A DNA stretch of 64,000 nt from Octopus bimaculoides (GCF_001194135.2 NC_068982.1:44439654-44503653); one strand, 5' to 3'. Positions 1 through 13,254 are shown, numbered from the stretch's first letter. The notes: generated by a model not told the origin, from the letters alone. A program made the numbers and translations.

Positions 1-86
<86 letters not shown>
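1..86. repeat. (ATA)n microsatellite; expanded (ATT)n 3' tail of the adjacent minus-strand SINE
   Basis: Perfect ATA run abutting the SINE 3' end (ccttt ctact...) at 87. Confidence 0.95.
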
Positions 87-298
87 CCTTTCTACTATAG
101 GCACAAGGCTTGAAATTTTGGGGAGGGGACTAGTCGTTTACATTGACTCCAGGTTTTCATTGGTACTTAATTTATTGACCTCGAAGGGATGAAACGCAAA
201 GTCGACATCGGTGGAATTTGAATTCAGAACGTAGTGACAGGCGAAATACCGCTAAGCATGCTGTCCAACGCGCTAACGATTCTGCCAACTCTCCGCCT

Positions 299-300
<2 letters not shown>
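87..300 (-). mobile_element. tRNA-derived SINE, family A
   Basis: The reverse complement begins taaggcggagagttggcagaatcgttag (A-box-like), has a B-box-like ttctgaattcaaattcc and the shared body gtcgactttgc..tttcatcc..ggtcgataaa..aagtacc seen in more than 20 copies in the window. Confidence 0.85.

Positions 301-365
<65 letters not shown>
301..365. repeat. (GTA)n microsatellite
   Basis: Perfect trinucleotide run. Confidence 0.95.
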
Positions 366-366
<1 letters not shown>

Positions 367-890
367 ATATGGGTGTAAATGCAGATGAAATGATGGGCAA
401 GGAAGAGTTTAACCAAAGAACTGAGGAGAAGAGAAAAGAAGACCTTGAAATGAGAATGCATGGACAGTTTGAAAGGAATACACAGGATGTTAAGGACAAT
501 ACAGCATCGTGGGCTTGGCTTGAGCGAGGTGATTTGAAGCGTACCATCGAAAGCCTGATCATTGCTGCACAAGACTAGGCTCTCGCTGCCAAGTCAGTGG
601 AAGTATAACATTTATAAAACTTCTGACACCCAGAAATGCAGAATCTGTGGAAAGACTGTGGAATATATGACCCACTTGGTAAGTGGATGTGAGAGCCTAG
701 CAGAAAAGGAATACAAGCACCACCACGATAAAGTGTATGTGTATCTTCATTGGCTCTTATGCCGTAAATACCAATATGAAGTAACAGAGAACTGGTATGA
801 GCATGTACCAAGTAAAGTTATGCAGGAAGATGGAAAGGTAACGATACTCTGGGACTATGATTTTCAGACGAACCGTGTAATCGAACACCG
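366..890 (+). mobile_element. R4/Dong-like RLE non-LTR retrotransposon, C-terminal fragment (pseudogene)
   Basis: ORFs 234-578 and 562-894 translate to MHGQF..WL..GDLK..ESLIIAAQD*AL, a CCHC knuckle CRICGKTVEYMTHLVSGC, HDKV, WYEHVPSKV and ILWDYDFQTNRVIEHR. These are typical post-RT motifs of R4-clade elements. There is an in-frame stop and a frameshift, and the fragment is truncated just before the RPD nuclease motif. Confidence 0.85.
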
Positions 891-969
<79 letters not shown>

Positions 970-972
970 CAA
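891..972. repeat. (ATA)n microsatellite
   Basis: Perfect run ending in aac repeats. Confidence 0.95.
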
Positions 973-1419
973 CAATAGCAAGTAGAATCCATTGATTTCC
1001 CACTAATTTATGTTTCATAACCTAATGTAGCATTTTTTAAATATTTTTTTTGTGTCATAAATATCTACAAATGATGTAACTTCAAAGCCAGCTTAAAAAA
1101 TGTAATGAGAATTTGGAGCTGAATTACCTGACAGATATTATTACTGAAAATGTGATTTAGTAATCAACGTTCAAACACTCAAAGCTTTTACCGAAGTCCG
1201 CATGTAGTACTGTCTTCAAATGATATACACTTCTCTTGTATTTATTTTCAGTTTGTGATAAATACAATCAAAGTATGTAATTTCTACTTATGTCACTAAC
1301 GTGTTTGTGAAAAAAGCATGAATGACAAAGTGTATTATTTTTGTTATTATAAAATATAACTTCTGGTGGATTTATGCATGAAGGTAACAGACATTGTACA
1401 TAATATATATATATATATA

Positions 1420-1600
1420 TATATATGGGAGAATGTACGAAAAAACAACAACAGACGAGGACAGGTGGTGTAAATAACAAAAGGATGTATTAGTATGACG
1501 CTCGGGAATACGGAAAGTCTTTGACGTTTCGAGCTACGCTCTTCAACAGAAAGAATACGGAGACAAGGAGAAAAACACGGAGAAAAAAAATTGAATAGTG
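1420..1600 (-). mobile_element. Short Penelope-like pLTR-derived repeat (hammerhead-bearing family S)
   Basis: Shares the pattern pyrimidine tract - CTGANGA-like core - GAAACGT - gagcgtc - aatac - gtcctc - tgttg with 28875-29045 and 36025-36200. Confidence 0.6.
1518..1554 (-). ncRNA. Minimal type I hammerhead-like motif (core variant CUGUUGA)
   Basis: Minus strand: tcttt CTGTTGA a gagc gta gctc GAAA CG TC aaaga. Stem I tcttt/aaaga, stem II gagc/gctc, palindromic ACGU stem III. Confidence 0.6.
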
Positions 1601-2452
1601 TTCAGTCAACGGTCAATCAATGCATATATATATNNNNNNNNNNNNNNNNNNNNNNNNNNNNNNNNNNNNNNNNNNNNNNNNNNNNNNNNNNNNNNNNNNN
1701 NNNNNNNNNNNNNNNNNNNNNNNNNNNNNNNNNNNNNNNNNNNNNNNNNNNNNNNNNNNNNNNNNNNNNNNNNNNNNNNNNNNNNNNNNNNNNNNNNNNN
1801 NNNNNNNNNNNNNNNNNNNNNNNNNNNNNNNNNNNNNNNNNNNNNNNNNNNNNNNNNNNNNNNNNNNNNNNNNNNNNNNNNNNNNNNNNNNNNNNNNNNN
1901 NNNNNNNNNNNNNNNNNNNNNNNNNNNNNNNNNNNNNNNNNNNNNNNNNNNNNNNNNNNNNNNNNNNNNNNNNNNNNNNNNNNNNNNNNNNNNNNNNNNN
2001 NNNNNNNNNNNNNNNNNNNNNNNNNNNNNNNNNNNNNNNNNNNNNNNNNNNNNNNNNNNNNNNNNNNNNNNNNNNNNNNNNNNNNNNNNNNNNNNNNNNN
2101 NNNNNNNNNNNNNNNNNNNNNNNNNNNNNNNNNNNNNNNNNNNNNNNNNNNNNNNNNNNNNNNNNNNNNNNNNNNNNNNNNNNNNNNNNNNNNNNNNNNN
2201 NNNNNNNNNNNNNNNNNNNNNNNNNNNNNNNNNNNNNNNNNNNNNNNNNNNNNNNNNNNNNNNNNNNNNNNNNNNNNNNNNNNNNNNNNNNNNNNNNNNN
2301 NNNNNNNNNNNNNNNNNNNNNNNNNNNNNNNNNNNNNNNNNNNNNNNNNNNNNNNNNNNNNNNNNNNNNNNNNNNNNNNNNNNNNNNNNNNNNNNNNNNN
2401 NNNNNNNNNNNNNNNNNNNNNNNNNNNNNNNNNATATATATATATATATATA

Positions 2453-3290
2453 CGGTGCGATGGGTAAATTGTCGCCATTTCATATTTTAATTTCGCGCAT
2501 GTGCATTGTTTGTTTTTGATTTTGTCAACTACACAGTATAGTAGGGTCAGTTGGGCATCGTCTGTGAGGAAAACAGCACCATGACGCAAATTCACTCTGA
2601 AATTTGGAAACATGTTCTACTGCTTGGCATTCGCGCCGCAAGCTCCAATACGAACAGATGGTGAACATACAGAACGACCGTTGGCTTGCCGTGACCCCAA
2701 AACTTGTACCGAGAGCGATAAAAAAATCAAACATAGTCAACATCATGGTGTTTGTAGTGATCACTAGTGATGGCGACGTTATGCTTCCATTCATCTTCTC
2801 ACATAGCTTCTGACATAACACGGAAGCCTACATCAAGTGCCTGGAGGAGGTAGTGTTGCCCTGGGTGAAGAGGGTGACTGCTGGAAGACCCTATGTCTGG
2901 CAACAGGACTCTGCACCATGCCACATAAGCAGGAAAGCCCAGTTTCTATGACCACATCACCCCTAACATCTGGCCACCTAACTTTCCCGACTGGAACCCT
3001 TTGATTATAATTTGTGGGGCGCATTTGAGCGAGAGACCAACAAAACTTGTCAGACCAAAGATAAACTGAGGACAACTAAACAAAGAGACCGTCCAGAAGA
3101 TTTGAAGGAGATTCCGAAGTCGTCTGGAGGCCGTGGTTGAAACCAACGGTGATTTCATTGAATAGGTTTAGTATTTGGTATTTCAAATAGTATTTCAAGA
3201 TATTTTTATGTAATTTTGGCAAAAATATGTTAAATTGAAATATCAGTGTTTCATTTTAGCGTAATTTCGACGACAATTTATATATATGCA
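2453..3290 (+). mobile_element. Internally deleted maT (DD37D Tc1/mariner) derivative
   Basis: Begins TA+cggtgcgatgggtaaattgtcg, matching the TIR at 18470-18492. It jumps at about 2655 to QMVN.QN.RW and then parallels 17820-18480 (VITSDGDV, QQDSAPCH, WPP..PD.NP.DY). The right TIR is degenerate. Confidence 0.85.
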
Positions 3291-4276
3291 TTGGTGGATA
3301 TAATTTCTTTATATATATATAGAGCGAGAAAGAGAGAGATAGAGAGAGAGAGATAGATAGATAGAGAGAGAGAGACAGACAGATAAAGAAAGAGAGACAG
3401 ATAGAGAGAGAAAGAGAGAGAGAGAGAGGTATCAGTCCTAGCAGTAAGTACATCAGACAAACATTCTTTTTAGATTAGTAAGGAACTCTGCGTATGCTTA
3501 TTGCAGGATCTGAGGTTATAGTTCATTACCATTCTATATTGTAAATCCATAGTCGCAGTTCCAGTTAAAGTGATCTATTACACAGAGTGATATACAAGGC
3601 AAGGTACAAATAATGGTCTTAACATATTCCTTTAGTCTTGCAAATTCGACTTACAGCTGTGTGCAATAGTCATCATGGGTTCGTTCATAGAGGTGCTTAC
3701 TCAATTGGTTCATTAACCGGCTGACAAAAATTGGATGTTATCTTCATCGGAGTTGGAGATTTTTTTAAGATCGTTCGATTTTTCTCAGCCGATCAAAGGA
3801 CCGATTGAGTAGACAATTCGATGATCGTACTTATAATGGCTACTGGAGAAACAGCTGTAAGTCGAATTTGCAGGAATAAAGGAATATATTTTTAAAAAAA
3901 ACATTACTTGTACCTTGTCGTGTATATATAATGTGTGTGTCTTTGTGCATGCGTATATGAGTATGTGTGTGTGTAGAAAGGCAGATAAACACAAGTAGGC
4001 ATAATGCGTATATTTTCATGGAATACAAAATAGAAAATACGGAATAAAGTAAACAAAGGGAGTTTTGTAATAGTCTTATCTTGACAGCTGTTTCGGGAGA
4101 ATTGTAGCTCATGCAGTAACCACGGCTAACTTTCAACGACAGAGACACTAGCCCTGGATGAAGAAGTTTAAGTTCTCCTTTATCAAAGCACTACTCTGTG
4201 AAACCAATACCACGCTTAGTTTGTGTTTTCACGCACACACACACACACACACGCACACATACATACGCTTTATAAA

Positions 4277-4322
<46 letters not shown>

Positions 4323-4552
4323 NNNNNNNNNNNNNNNNNNNNNNNNNNNNNNNNNNNNNNNNNNNNNNNNNNNNNNNNNNNNNNNNNNNNNNNNNNNNNN
4401 NNNNNNNNNNNNNNNNNNNNNNNNNNNNNNNNNNNNNNNNNNNNNNNNNNNNNNNNNNNNNNNNNNNNNNNNNNNNNNNNNNNNNNNNNNNNNNNNNNNN
4501 NNNNNNNNNNNNNNNNNNNNNNNNNNNNNNNNNNNNNNNNNNNNNNNNNNNN

Positions 4553-4624
<72 letters not shown>

Positions 4625-4939
4625 TGGTTGTGTATGCATGTGTATGTGTATAAGCACATACACACACAGTATAGATTGATTGCTTTCTGAAGTATTGATT
4701 TATTTCTTAAGTGCAATTTCAACTTTGAAGTGAAGAGAACACAATTCGCTGTACACCAATAATGATTAAATCATCAACCGTGGAATCAAGAAGACAAAGT
4801 CGACTTCCGTGAGATTTCTACAAAGAACCCGAAGCTAAATATTGTAAGACATAGATTGTTGGCTGCCAATTTATCCGTCACCGTGCCCTAAGAGATTGTA
4901 GATAGACGCTCGAACAGGTAGGCAGACGGAAGGACGTGC

Positions 4940-5074
4940 AAAGAGACAGACAGATAGATAGATAAATAGATAGATACCTAGATAGATAGATAGATAGATA
5001 AATAGATAGAAGGTAGGTAGGTAGATAGGTAGATAGGTAAGCAGGTAGGTAGGTAGGTAAGTATGTAGGTAGGT

Positions 5075-5117
<43 letters not shown>

Positions 5118-5192
5118 TAGGTAGGTAGGTAGCTAGGTAGGTACGTACGTAGATAAATAGATTGATTGAGCGATTGACCGACTGACTGATTA
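4940..5192. repeat. Compound tetranucleotide microsatellite (GACA/GATA/GGTA/GGCA/GATT/GACT)
   Basis: Consecutive blocks differing by single-base steps. Confidence 0.9.
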
Positions 5193-6039
5193 TTTGCCGA
5201 CCCTACCACCGTCATACATGTGTATCTTGTATAGACATGTATAACTTTCACTTGTTTGTTCGATCAGTGTTAACCCGGAACTAAACAGAATTCATCCGAG
5301 ACTCTTTATATGCGATATATTTTATCCTACAAATGCAATGAAAATTTCATAGATCTGATGCTCTTGGCTAGAACATCTTCGATCATATCTCTGCTACAAC
5401 AGGACTGTCGTGGTCAGCAATAGCAAACCAATACCACGTTGGAAATCAAAAATGAACTAACAACACATATGAAGTCCGACAAAGAAAATGTGTACAGAAG
5501 TCACAATCGACATAACATCAAGAAATCAGCATAGATTATCTCTATACTCGCATAAACTAGTCATAGAAGCAGTTAAACTCCTTCCTATTGTATTTTTGTA
5601 TGAAACTCAGTTATACGATACTCAGTTCAGTAGCCAGAAATTTCAGTTAATACACTCCCTGCCTATCTCATAATATAATAATGAGCGTAGTGTTTTTATA
5701 TATATATATATTTGTTCAGAATCACGCCGGACGCAGAAGAGGAGAGAAAATAGTAATTCGGTGAAGGAGAAGTAGTGAGAATAATAGCCGTGACTGAGAG
5801 GGACCGAGAGAAAATAATAGCAATGAGAGAAAGGAAGGGGTGATAGAAGAATAAGGAAGGAAGTGTTAGTATATGTGTGTGTGTATGTGTGTATGTGTAC
5901 AAGGGAAGTATGTGAATGTTTGTGTGTGTGAATATTATGTACCTTATTTTGTACCTTATTTATATATAAAATAATACAATTAGCCGTCCTCATTGACGGC
6001 ACGTGGTTAGCTAGTTTTGCGTAATGTCTCACAAGAACC

Positions 6040-6250
6040 CCACACGTTATTTTTTTTTCTTTGGGTCTCTTCTTTTTTGCTTCCTTTCGTCTTTTCTTTT
6101 CCTTCCATTTTTTTTTTATCCTGAGCTATTCTCTTGGATTCGAAAAAGCACTGTTTCCGAAACGTAACTTTTCGTTTATGACTTCAAATCTTTCTATTCT
6201 TCCTTGAACGTCAACCAAATAATATTAACAGGGAACGCCTCTCGTGCTTA
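6040..6250 (+). mobile_element. Degenerate family-S Penelope-like terminal repeat
   Basis: Pyrimidine tract, then ccgaaacgta, gaacgtca, aataata, gcctctcgtg; the hammerhead core is decayed. Confidence 0.35.
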
Positions 6251-6322
6251 TATTGTTTGTATTACTTTTTGCTTTATATAAATATACATACACACATATA
6301 TGTATGTATGTATGTATGCATG

Positions 6323-6412
<90 letters not shown>

Positions 6413-6556
6413 CCGAGAGAGCTTTCACGGGGTTTTAAAATTAACTCGGCTGGAAAAATACCATCTGGCTCTTGGGGTCCTGTAGCAGAGAATGTATTCT
6501 ATTGTAAGCTAAGCAGATATAGCGTCGGAGGATAACATCATTAATTTACAATCCTC

Positions 6557-6603
<47 letters not shown>

Positions 6604-6774
6604 CATTCATATATATATCATATGTATATATATAGACATCCCATATTTATATGCTTATATACATACATGCGTACGTGCATCCGTACACACATACGTAAAT
6701 ATATGTATGCGTATGTATACGTATTTACATTACCAGTTCTACAGCTATGTTTGTCCTGAAATACCATTATAAAC

Positions 6775-6985
6775 AGTGGATTGGCAGAAAATTGCAGAGA
6801 ACCGGAGCAAACGCCAAAAAGTATTTAATTTCGTCTCACAAAGTTATGACTTCAAACCTCACCGGGATCGACTTTGCTATTCATCCTTCTCTGGGTCGAT
6901 AAAATAAATATCAGGCATTCAAAAGAATCGATTCAAATGACTATATCTTTTCCTTGCAAATGTGTGGCCTTTGCAAATAATACCG
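6775..6985 (+). mobile_element. Degenerate SINE, family A
   Basis: ttggcagaa..ttcaaacctc..atcgactttgctattcatcc..gggtcgataaaataa. Confidence 0.65.
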
Positions 6986-7254
6986 TCACTATTATTCTTA
7001 TCAACGCCATCACCACCCTACCATCGACGTTCTGTATATAACTAAACTATCTTCAACAATACAAGATCTTTAACAGTAGTCTGATCATCATCAGCAAATA
7101 ATGGTAAGGTCAGCACCAACGTTGTAAGCAACATTATCGCTGACAGTATCATAAAAAAAATTATCACCAACATAAAATTCTATCATGAAAGCGAAACGCT
7201 TGCTTCAACATCGATTCTTTGAGTAGCACTATTCATCGTCAGTGTTACCATAGA

Positions 7255-7392
7255 AGGTGATGGATTGGCAGACAAAGTAGAGCGTTGAAGAAGAAACTGC
7301 ATATTATTGTGGTTAATGTGGCATTTAGAAATGTAAATGTTCGTTCTGAGTTCAAATCCAGCCGAGGATGATGTTGATTTTCATCCTTCTGG
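7255..7392 (+). mobile_element. 5' part of a SINE, family A
   Basis: gattggcaga...gttctgagttcaaatccagccgagg..ttttcatcc. Confidence 0.6.
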
Positions 7393-7402
7393 GCCTACTA
7401 CC

Positions 7403-7712
7403 CTCCATGGATTACAACGAAGAGTGTTCCAGTTAGTCCGATCAACGGAACACCCCGCACGTGAAATTAACGTGCAAGTGGCTGAGCACTCCGTGTAGAC
7501 ACTCATACCCTTAGCGTAGTTCTCAGGGAGACTGAGCACCACATGGATGGTCTTTTGAATTACAGGTAAAACTCATTTTTGCCACTTCAAAGGACTGGAG
7601 CAACGTGTGAAATAAAGTGTCTTGCACAAGGACACAACGTGCCGCCAGGAATCGAACTCACGACCTTACGATCATGAACCGAATATCCTAACCACTAAAC
7701 CACGCGTCATCA
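7403..7712 (-). mobile_element. tRNA-derived SINE, family B
   Basis: Reverse complement has a tRNA-like head (gcgtggtttagtggttagg..gagttcgattcc), core tgtgtccttgtgcaagacact and 3' gcacgttaatttcacg..gttccgttgatcgg. Parallels 43775-44085. Confidence 0.8.
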
Positions 7713-8004
7713 CATCCATCAGGATGGCTGATAATATAAATATCAGTTTAGTAGCGAGGTAGATTTAATCGACATTCACAGCTCTCACCTTGTGCTTGTG
7801 TTTCAAATAAATGTTATAATCAACGCCGATGTTGACGTTAACTCTAACGTTATATGCAATATTATAAACGAACTGAAAGGCAATATCGAGGTAGAAACGG
7901 ATTAAATGCATCGCGGTATTTCGTTATGTTCCTTATGTTCTAAATGTTAAAAATAAAAGCATTCGAATCAACTTTACCATTTATCCTTTTTTTTATATAT
8001 ATAT

Positions 8005-8372
8005 TTTATTTGTTTCAGTCTTTCGATTGCGACCATGCTGGTGCACTGTCTTGAAGAATTTTTTAATCGAACAAAATTTCCCCAGTACTTATTGTTTTTA
8101 AAGCTTGTTAGTTTCTTTTTGCTGCACCGCTACTTCACGGGGACGTAAACAGACCAATATCGGTTGTCAAGCGTTGAAGGGGGAACAATCGCAAACACAG
8201 AAACGCAACAATGGGCATCTACACAAATTCCCTCAACCTAATCCACTCACAAAGCTTTCGTCGATCTGGGCCATAGTAGAAAACACTTGCCTAAGGTGCC
8301 TCGCAGTGAAACTGAATTCGAAGCACATGGTTGAGAAGCAAACTTCTTACCAAAAGCTACGCCTGCGCCTAT
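8005..8372 (-). mobile_element. tRNA-derived SINE, family C (normally carries an internal microsatellite)
   Basis: tttcagtc..gcgaccatgctgg..ggggacgtaaac..cggttgtcaagcg..ccactcacaaagctt..acacttgcctaaggtgcc.cgcagtg; same layout as 33997-34418. Confidence 0.8.
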
Positions 8373-8399
8373 GAACCATGCCTGTGGATATCCTCTGCA

Positions 8400-8900
8400 G
8401 ATTCAGAAAATACAAACCAGTCATATACTGTCGGTCAATGTAAGGAATTGCATTTTCCCAGTTTTGAAACTTTTGACATATGTAACCTTGGGTCAAAGTT
8501 AGAAATCAATTTATTGAAATCAGTTATAGGCTGCAGAAAATGTCATAGCGATTTCGCGTCTTTGTTGAAGAAATTTTATGGCGAAAACATGAACTCCACA
8601 TCAGTTCTTTTCCTCATCCATCAAACTTAGGCGCTAAATTCTTTCTGATATTCTTCTAAACCCTTCTGAACTTGGCTTTGCCTTTCACACTCCGAGGTAT
8701 TTGTAATGGATTGGCGTTATTTTAACTGCTATCATTTACATTTAATTAATGAGGTAATGAAGGAATCTCTAAGATAGTCATGAGCAAACTGCAGTTCGCA
8801 AGACCTTCTCAATGGCACGCTAACAAACAATTACCTTCAATGTTCTTAGGAGTGCGGCCCGCTTGATGATGAGTCATATCATGCAGCCCACTTCTGGAAT
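8400..8900 (-). mobile_element. Possible very old L1/Tx1-type RT remnant
   Basis: Minus-strand remnants in the expected order RQG (8910), LQFAHD (FADD-like, about 8790) and KYLGV (about 8690). There are many stops and the spacing is shorter than normal. Confidence 0.3.
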
Positions 8901-10766
8901 AAAGTGCCCCCTGCCGGCATCTAGAAGGTTGATCGACTCGTTAAAATAGAACACAATTCTCTTTAAATCACAGCGCAAACTAGTAACTAAAGCAAAAATA
9001 TAGGCATATATAGTATGTATTGAACACATTCTTTATATTAATGGTGCATATTGGTTCCAGTAAAATAAGACACAAAGTATATCCTGGCAGGATTTGATCT
9101 CAAAACCTCAAGGAGTGAATTGACACAGGGCTACAAATAAGTTAAGCACAAGCATACACAGTTTGCATTAAGCTGACATGTTATATTGCAGATGTTTATC
9201 TTATTGATTCATGTGATGTAAAAGATAAACCGGAGTCACGTAGGATTTGAACTCAAAAAAAAAACAGGAAAGGAGTTAAGTTTAACACTCTAGCACTCCT
9301 CACCTTTCGGAAATTATCATATTGAATAAAATATCAATTGTTCAGACTCTACATTGGATTATTCAACTGATCATAATCCAATTGATTTTGTTCCACTATC
9401 AACGTGTTACATTTTCCTTCGCCGTCAACATCGTCATTGATGTCTTTACGGCTACTGCTGCTTTTGTCGTTATTTTTGTAGTCGTTGTTTTTAATGTTGT
9501 TGTTGTAAGTTAATTAATTCTACAGTCCCGTTTATTGCTTCCGACTGAACTTCCTTCATCCTTTATTTCCTAAATTTCCTCTAATAAGCGTCACAGAAGC
9601 AGTATTAAATTTCAGTTATTTGCACAATTTTAGTTAATTTCGCTTTATAATTTGAATAAACAAACACAGAATTAAAAAGAAAAGTGGAGAAATATTTGTT
9701 TCTGACGCATGAAAGAACTCATAAAATGCTCGAGTTACTAATTTGCACAGCATATATATATACATATATAATATANNNNNNNNNNNNNNNNNNNNNNNNN
9801 NNNNNNNNNNNNNNNNNNNNNNNNNNNNNNNNNNNNNNNNNNNNNNNNNNNNNNNNNNNNNNNNNNNNNNNNNNNNNNNNNNNNNNNNNNNNNNNNNNNN
9901 NNNNNNNNNNNNNNNNNNNNNNNNNNNNNNNNNNNNNNNNNNNNNNNNNNNNNNNNNNNNNNNNNNNNNNNNNNNNNNNNNNNNNNNNNNNNNNNNNNNN
10001 NNNNNNNNNNNNNNNNNNNNNNNNNNNNNNNNNNNNNNNNNNNNNNNNNNNNNNNNNNNNNNNNNNNNNNNNNNNNNNNNNNNNNNNNNNNNNNNNNNNN
10101 NNNNNNNNNNNNNNNNNNNNNNNNNNNNNNNNNNNNNNNNNNNNNNNNNNNNNNNNNNNNNNNNNNNNNNNNNNNNNNNNNNNNNNNNNNNNNNNNNNNN
10201 NNNNNNNNNNNNNNNNNNNNNNNNNNNNNNNNNNNNNNNNNNNNNNNNNNNNNNNNNNNNNNNNNNNNNNNNNNNNNNNNNNNNNNNNNNNNNNNNNNNN
10301 NNNNNNNNNNNNNNNNNNNNNNNNNNNNNNNNNNNNNNNNNNNNNNNNNNNNNNNNNNNNNNNNNNNNNNNNNNNNNNNNNNNNNNNNNNNNNNNNNNNN
10401 NNNNNNNNNNNNNNNNNNNNNNNNNNNNNNNNNNNNNNNNNNNNNNNNNNNNNNNNNNNNNNNNNNNNNNNNNNNNNNNNGGTATTTAGGTTTTCGTAGA
10501 TCCCAAAAGGACCCATGTAGCATCGCAGAAGGCGGTTTCTCTTTAAAATTCCTCTCGTCACGTGGGATTTTCAGTAGCTGCTGTCTGAAACTTCTAGTGT
10601 GGTCCTCACCAAAGGTAGGTTGGCTATTGACTTTTAGAGGATTCATTCAATACCCAGCCCGCTTTTTATCTCTTTATCATTTTATATTACGTACTCCGTC
10701 AAACATGCGTTCTTTGTCCTCCCAACGGTAAAATTGTGGAGTATGTCTGGTGTTATTTTAGCACGT

Positions 10767-11412
10767 AAAATGGCGACGAGCTTATAGAATCGTTAGTAGA
10801 ATGGACAAAAGGTGACATTTTTTCAGGCTTTGCGTTCTGAGCTCAAATTCGGCCGTGGTCAACTTTTCTTTTCATCCTTTCGGAATCGATAAAATAAAGT
10901 GCCATTTGAGTTCTAGGATCGATGTAATCAGCTAGTCTCCTTCCTCCAAAATTCCAGCCCTTGTGCCAATAGTAGAAAGAACTATTATAGCATGTAAGAT
11001 TAAATAAACTTAAACGATGTGAATTTTACGTTCTAAGTTCAAATTCCGCTGAAGTTGACTTTGCCTTTCATCCTTTCAGGGTCGATAAAATAAGTACCAG
11101 TTGAGCATTGGGTCGATGTAGTAGACTTATCCTATCCCACGAACATGCGGGCCCTGTGCCAAAATTTAAAACCAATATATAAAATGAATTAAGGCGGTGA
11201 GGTGTCAGAGTTGTTAGCAAGCCGGGCAAAATGCATAGCGGCATTTTGTCTGTTTCCATGTTCTGAGCTCAAATTCCGCCGAGGCTGACTTTGCCTTTCA
11301 TCATTTCGGGGTCGATAAAATAAGTACCAGTTGAGTACTGGGGTCGATGTAATCGACTTAACCCTACCCCCGGAATTACTGGCCTTGAGACAAAATTCGA
11401 AACCAATATATA
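10767..11412 (+). mobile_element. Cluster of three family-A SINEs (10767-10988, 11025-11180 headless, 11190-11410)
   Basis: Three successive copies of the gttctgagttcaaattccg..gactttgcctttcatcc..ggtcgataaaataagtacc body, with two different 3' tails. Confidence 0.85.
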
Positions 11413-11447
11413 AAGTAAATGTGCGTTTATAAAAAGGTACACACGCA

Positions 11448-11478
<31 letters not shown>

Positions 11479-11743
11479 GTGTATACACGCAGTTGCAGGC
11501 AAAAGTTATGCACCTAAGTAACTTAAATTTTGCATAGGTACATATTTTTTCAAGAAGATCTTAATATGGTTTTTTTTTGTTTTTTTTTTTGCTATTTGTT
11601 CTGTTTTTAGCTCCTGACAACAAATATTAGAATATTTCATACCCCGAAGCACTGTAAAAGATATCGGAAAAAAGTCTGAAATCTGAAAACGTTTTATCGC
11701 GCGCACAAGAAATTAATGACAGAATAAATAAAACATGTATACA

Positions 11744-11774
<31 letters not shown>

Positions 11775-12164
11775 ATGTGGGTGTTGATGCGAGTGTGTGT
11801 AAGCGCGTGTGATCCCTAAGTGTGTGTATATGTGAGTGCTTCAGTGTGTGTGAGTGAGTACATGAGTGTGCGTTCGGAAACTGGAAAACAGGATGAAAAG
11901 GTAAAACATAAGTGTGTGCGTGAGGAGGGAGTCTAGATGTTGGAGATAAGGAACGTAATTAAAATGATGTTAAGAACGAAGCATGCACTGTAACGGAGAG
12001 AGTGGTTAAGTGTGAGAGCGGAAAAAACACAAAGTGAGAGAGAGAGAAATGAAACAAACAAATAAACAAAGATGAGATATATAGAAACCCTTGTTGGAAA
12101 GATGTCGTAAACAGATGACACCGTGTCACGTGACCAACAGAGAAAAAGGAGAAAAAACATTTTA

Positions 12165-12713
12165 TTTACATATTACTGATATTTGTTCTCATCTTGTTTG
12201 TTGTTAACACAACGATTTGGCTGATATACCCTCCAACCTTCATCAGTTGCCTTGGGGAAATTTCGAAGCTAGGTTCTCATTTCTAAGGTATTTTTCGGAC
12301 TCGGAATCTTGGGGTTAGTAGCCCGCGATCTTAACCACTACTCCATATGCCTCTGGGCAACTATGGAGTGAATTTTAGGGCTTATAAATCTAATATTTTC
12401 CTACCCTTCCTTAATACCGGTTCACATATGCTATTCATATCTGCATTCAGTCTGCTTAGGTGGTTGTTGTGTCCTAGCATATGTGCTGTTTCTTTTAGCT
12501 TTCGTATTTTCCAGTGGTGTTCTCTATCTATTATTTTAACTTCATCCCACATGGGGAGGTGGTCTCCATTTTTCCATACATGATCAGCTATACCCGATTT
12601 ATCAATATCTCCTCGTGTCACAACTTTGCGATGTTCGTCTACCCTTATTTTGAGGGGGTGGTATGTTTTACCCTTTGTATAACCTACCACAGCTGCATAG
12701 GATGGAGTACACG
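12165..12713 (-). mobile_element. Penelope-like element 3' end (GIY-YIG C-terminus, tRNA-like module, pLTR)
   Basis: ORF 12382-12690 HPLKIRVDEHRKVVTRGDIDKSGIADHVW..HWKIRKLKE is colinear with 21225-21815. Its hammerhead at 12206-12251 has GAAA mutated to AAAT. Confidence 0.9.
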
Positions 12714-12819
12714 GCCAATGGAAGGTATTAACTCTTTGTGTGTATCACAAGTAATACACTGGTCTTATTTCTCTATTATCCATGCATTATCTACGATGTA
12801 CATTCCCAAAAAGAGACCG

Positions 12820-12955
12820 ATAGAATAAGTACTAGGCTTACAAAGAATAAGTCCTGGGGTCGATTTGCTCGACTAAAGGCTGTGCTCCAGCATGGTCGCA
12901 GTCAAATGACTGAAACAAGTAAAAGAGAGAGTAAAGAGTAAAGAGTAAAGAGTAA
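12820..12955 (+). mobile_element. 3' end of a family-C SINE with (AAGAGT)n tail
   Basis: ggggtcgatttgctcgactaaaggctgtgctccagcatggtcgcagtcaaatgactgaaacaagtaaaagag. Confidence 0.8.
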
Positions 12956-13250
12956 TGTGAGACTTATGAAAAGAAAGCTTCATATTACTCAGAACGTATG
13001 AAACAAGCGCTAACTAAAAGCCTAGAAATGAGCATGGACGTTTAGGACAAACTCATGAAAACACTTTGGACACATACATCGGTCTGTGAAGTACTAAATT
13101 ACTTTCATTAAAATCCAACGACTACGTTGGTCTTCCAGACTGAACATCTGAATCAGTCATCGCCGTAATCGACGAAGTTTCCATTTATGTTTTTAATGTA
13201 TCTATGCATTTGTGTTATTGCGAGCATGCATGTGCGTGCGTGTATGTGTG

Positions 13251-13254
<4 letters not shown>

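Noticed and set aside
12206-12251. Hammerhead in the 12-kb Penelope copy
   Set aside because: GAAA is mutated to AAAT and stem I is altered, so it is not listed as a functional ribozyme.
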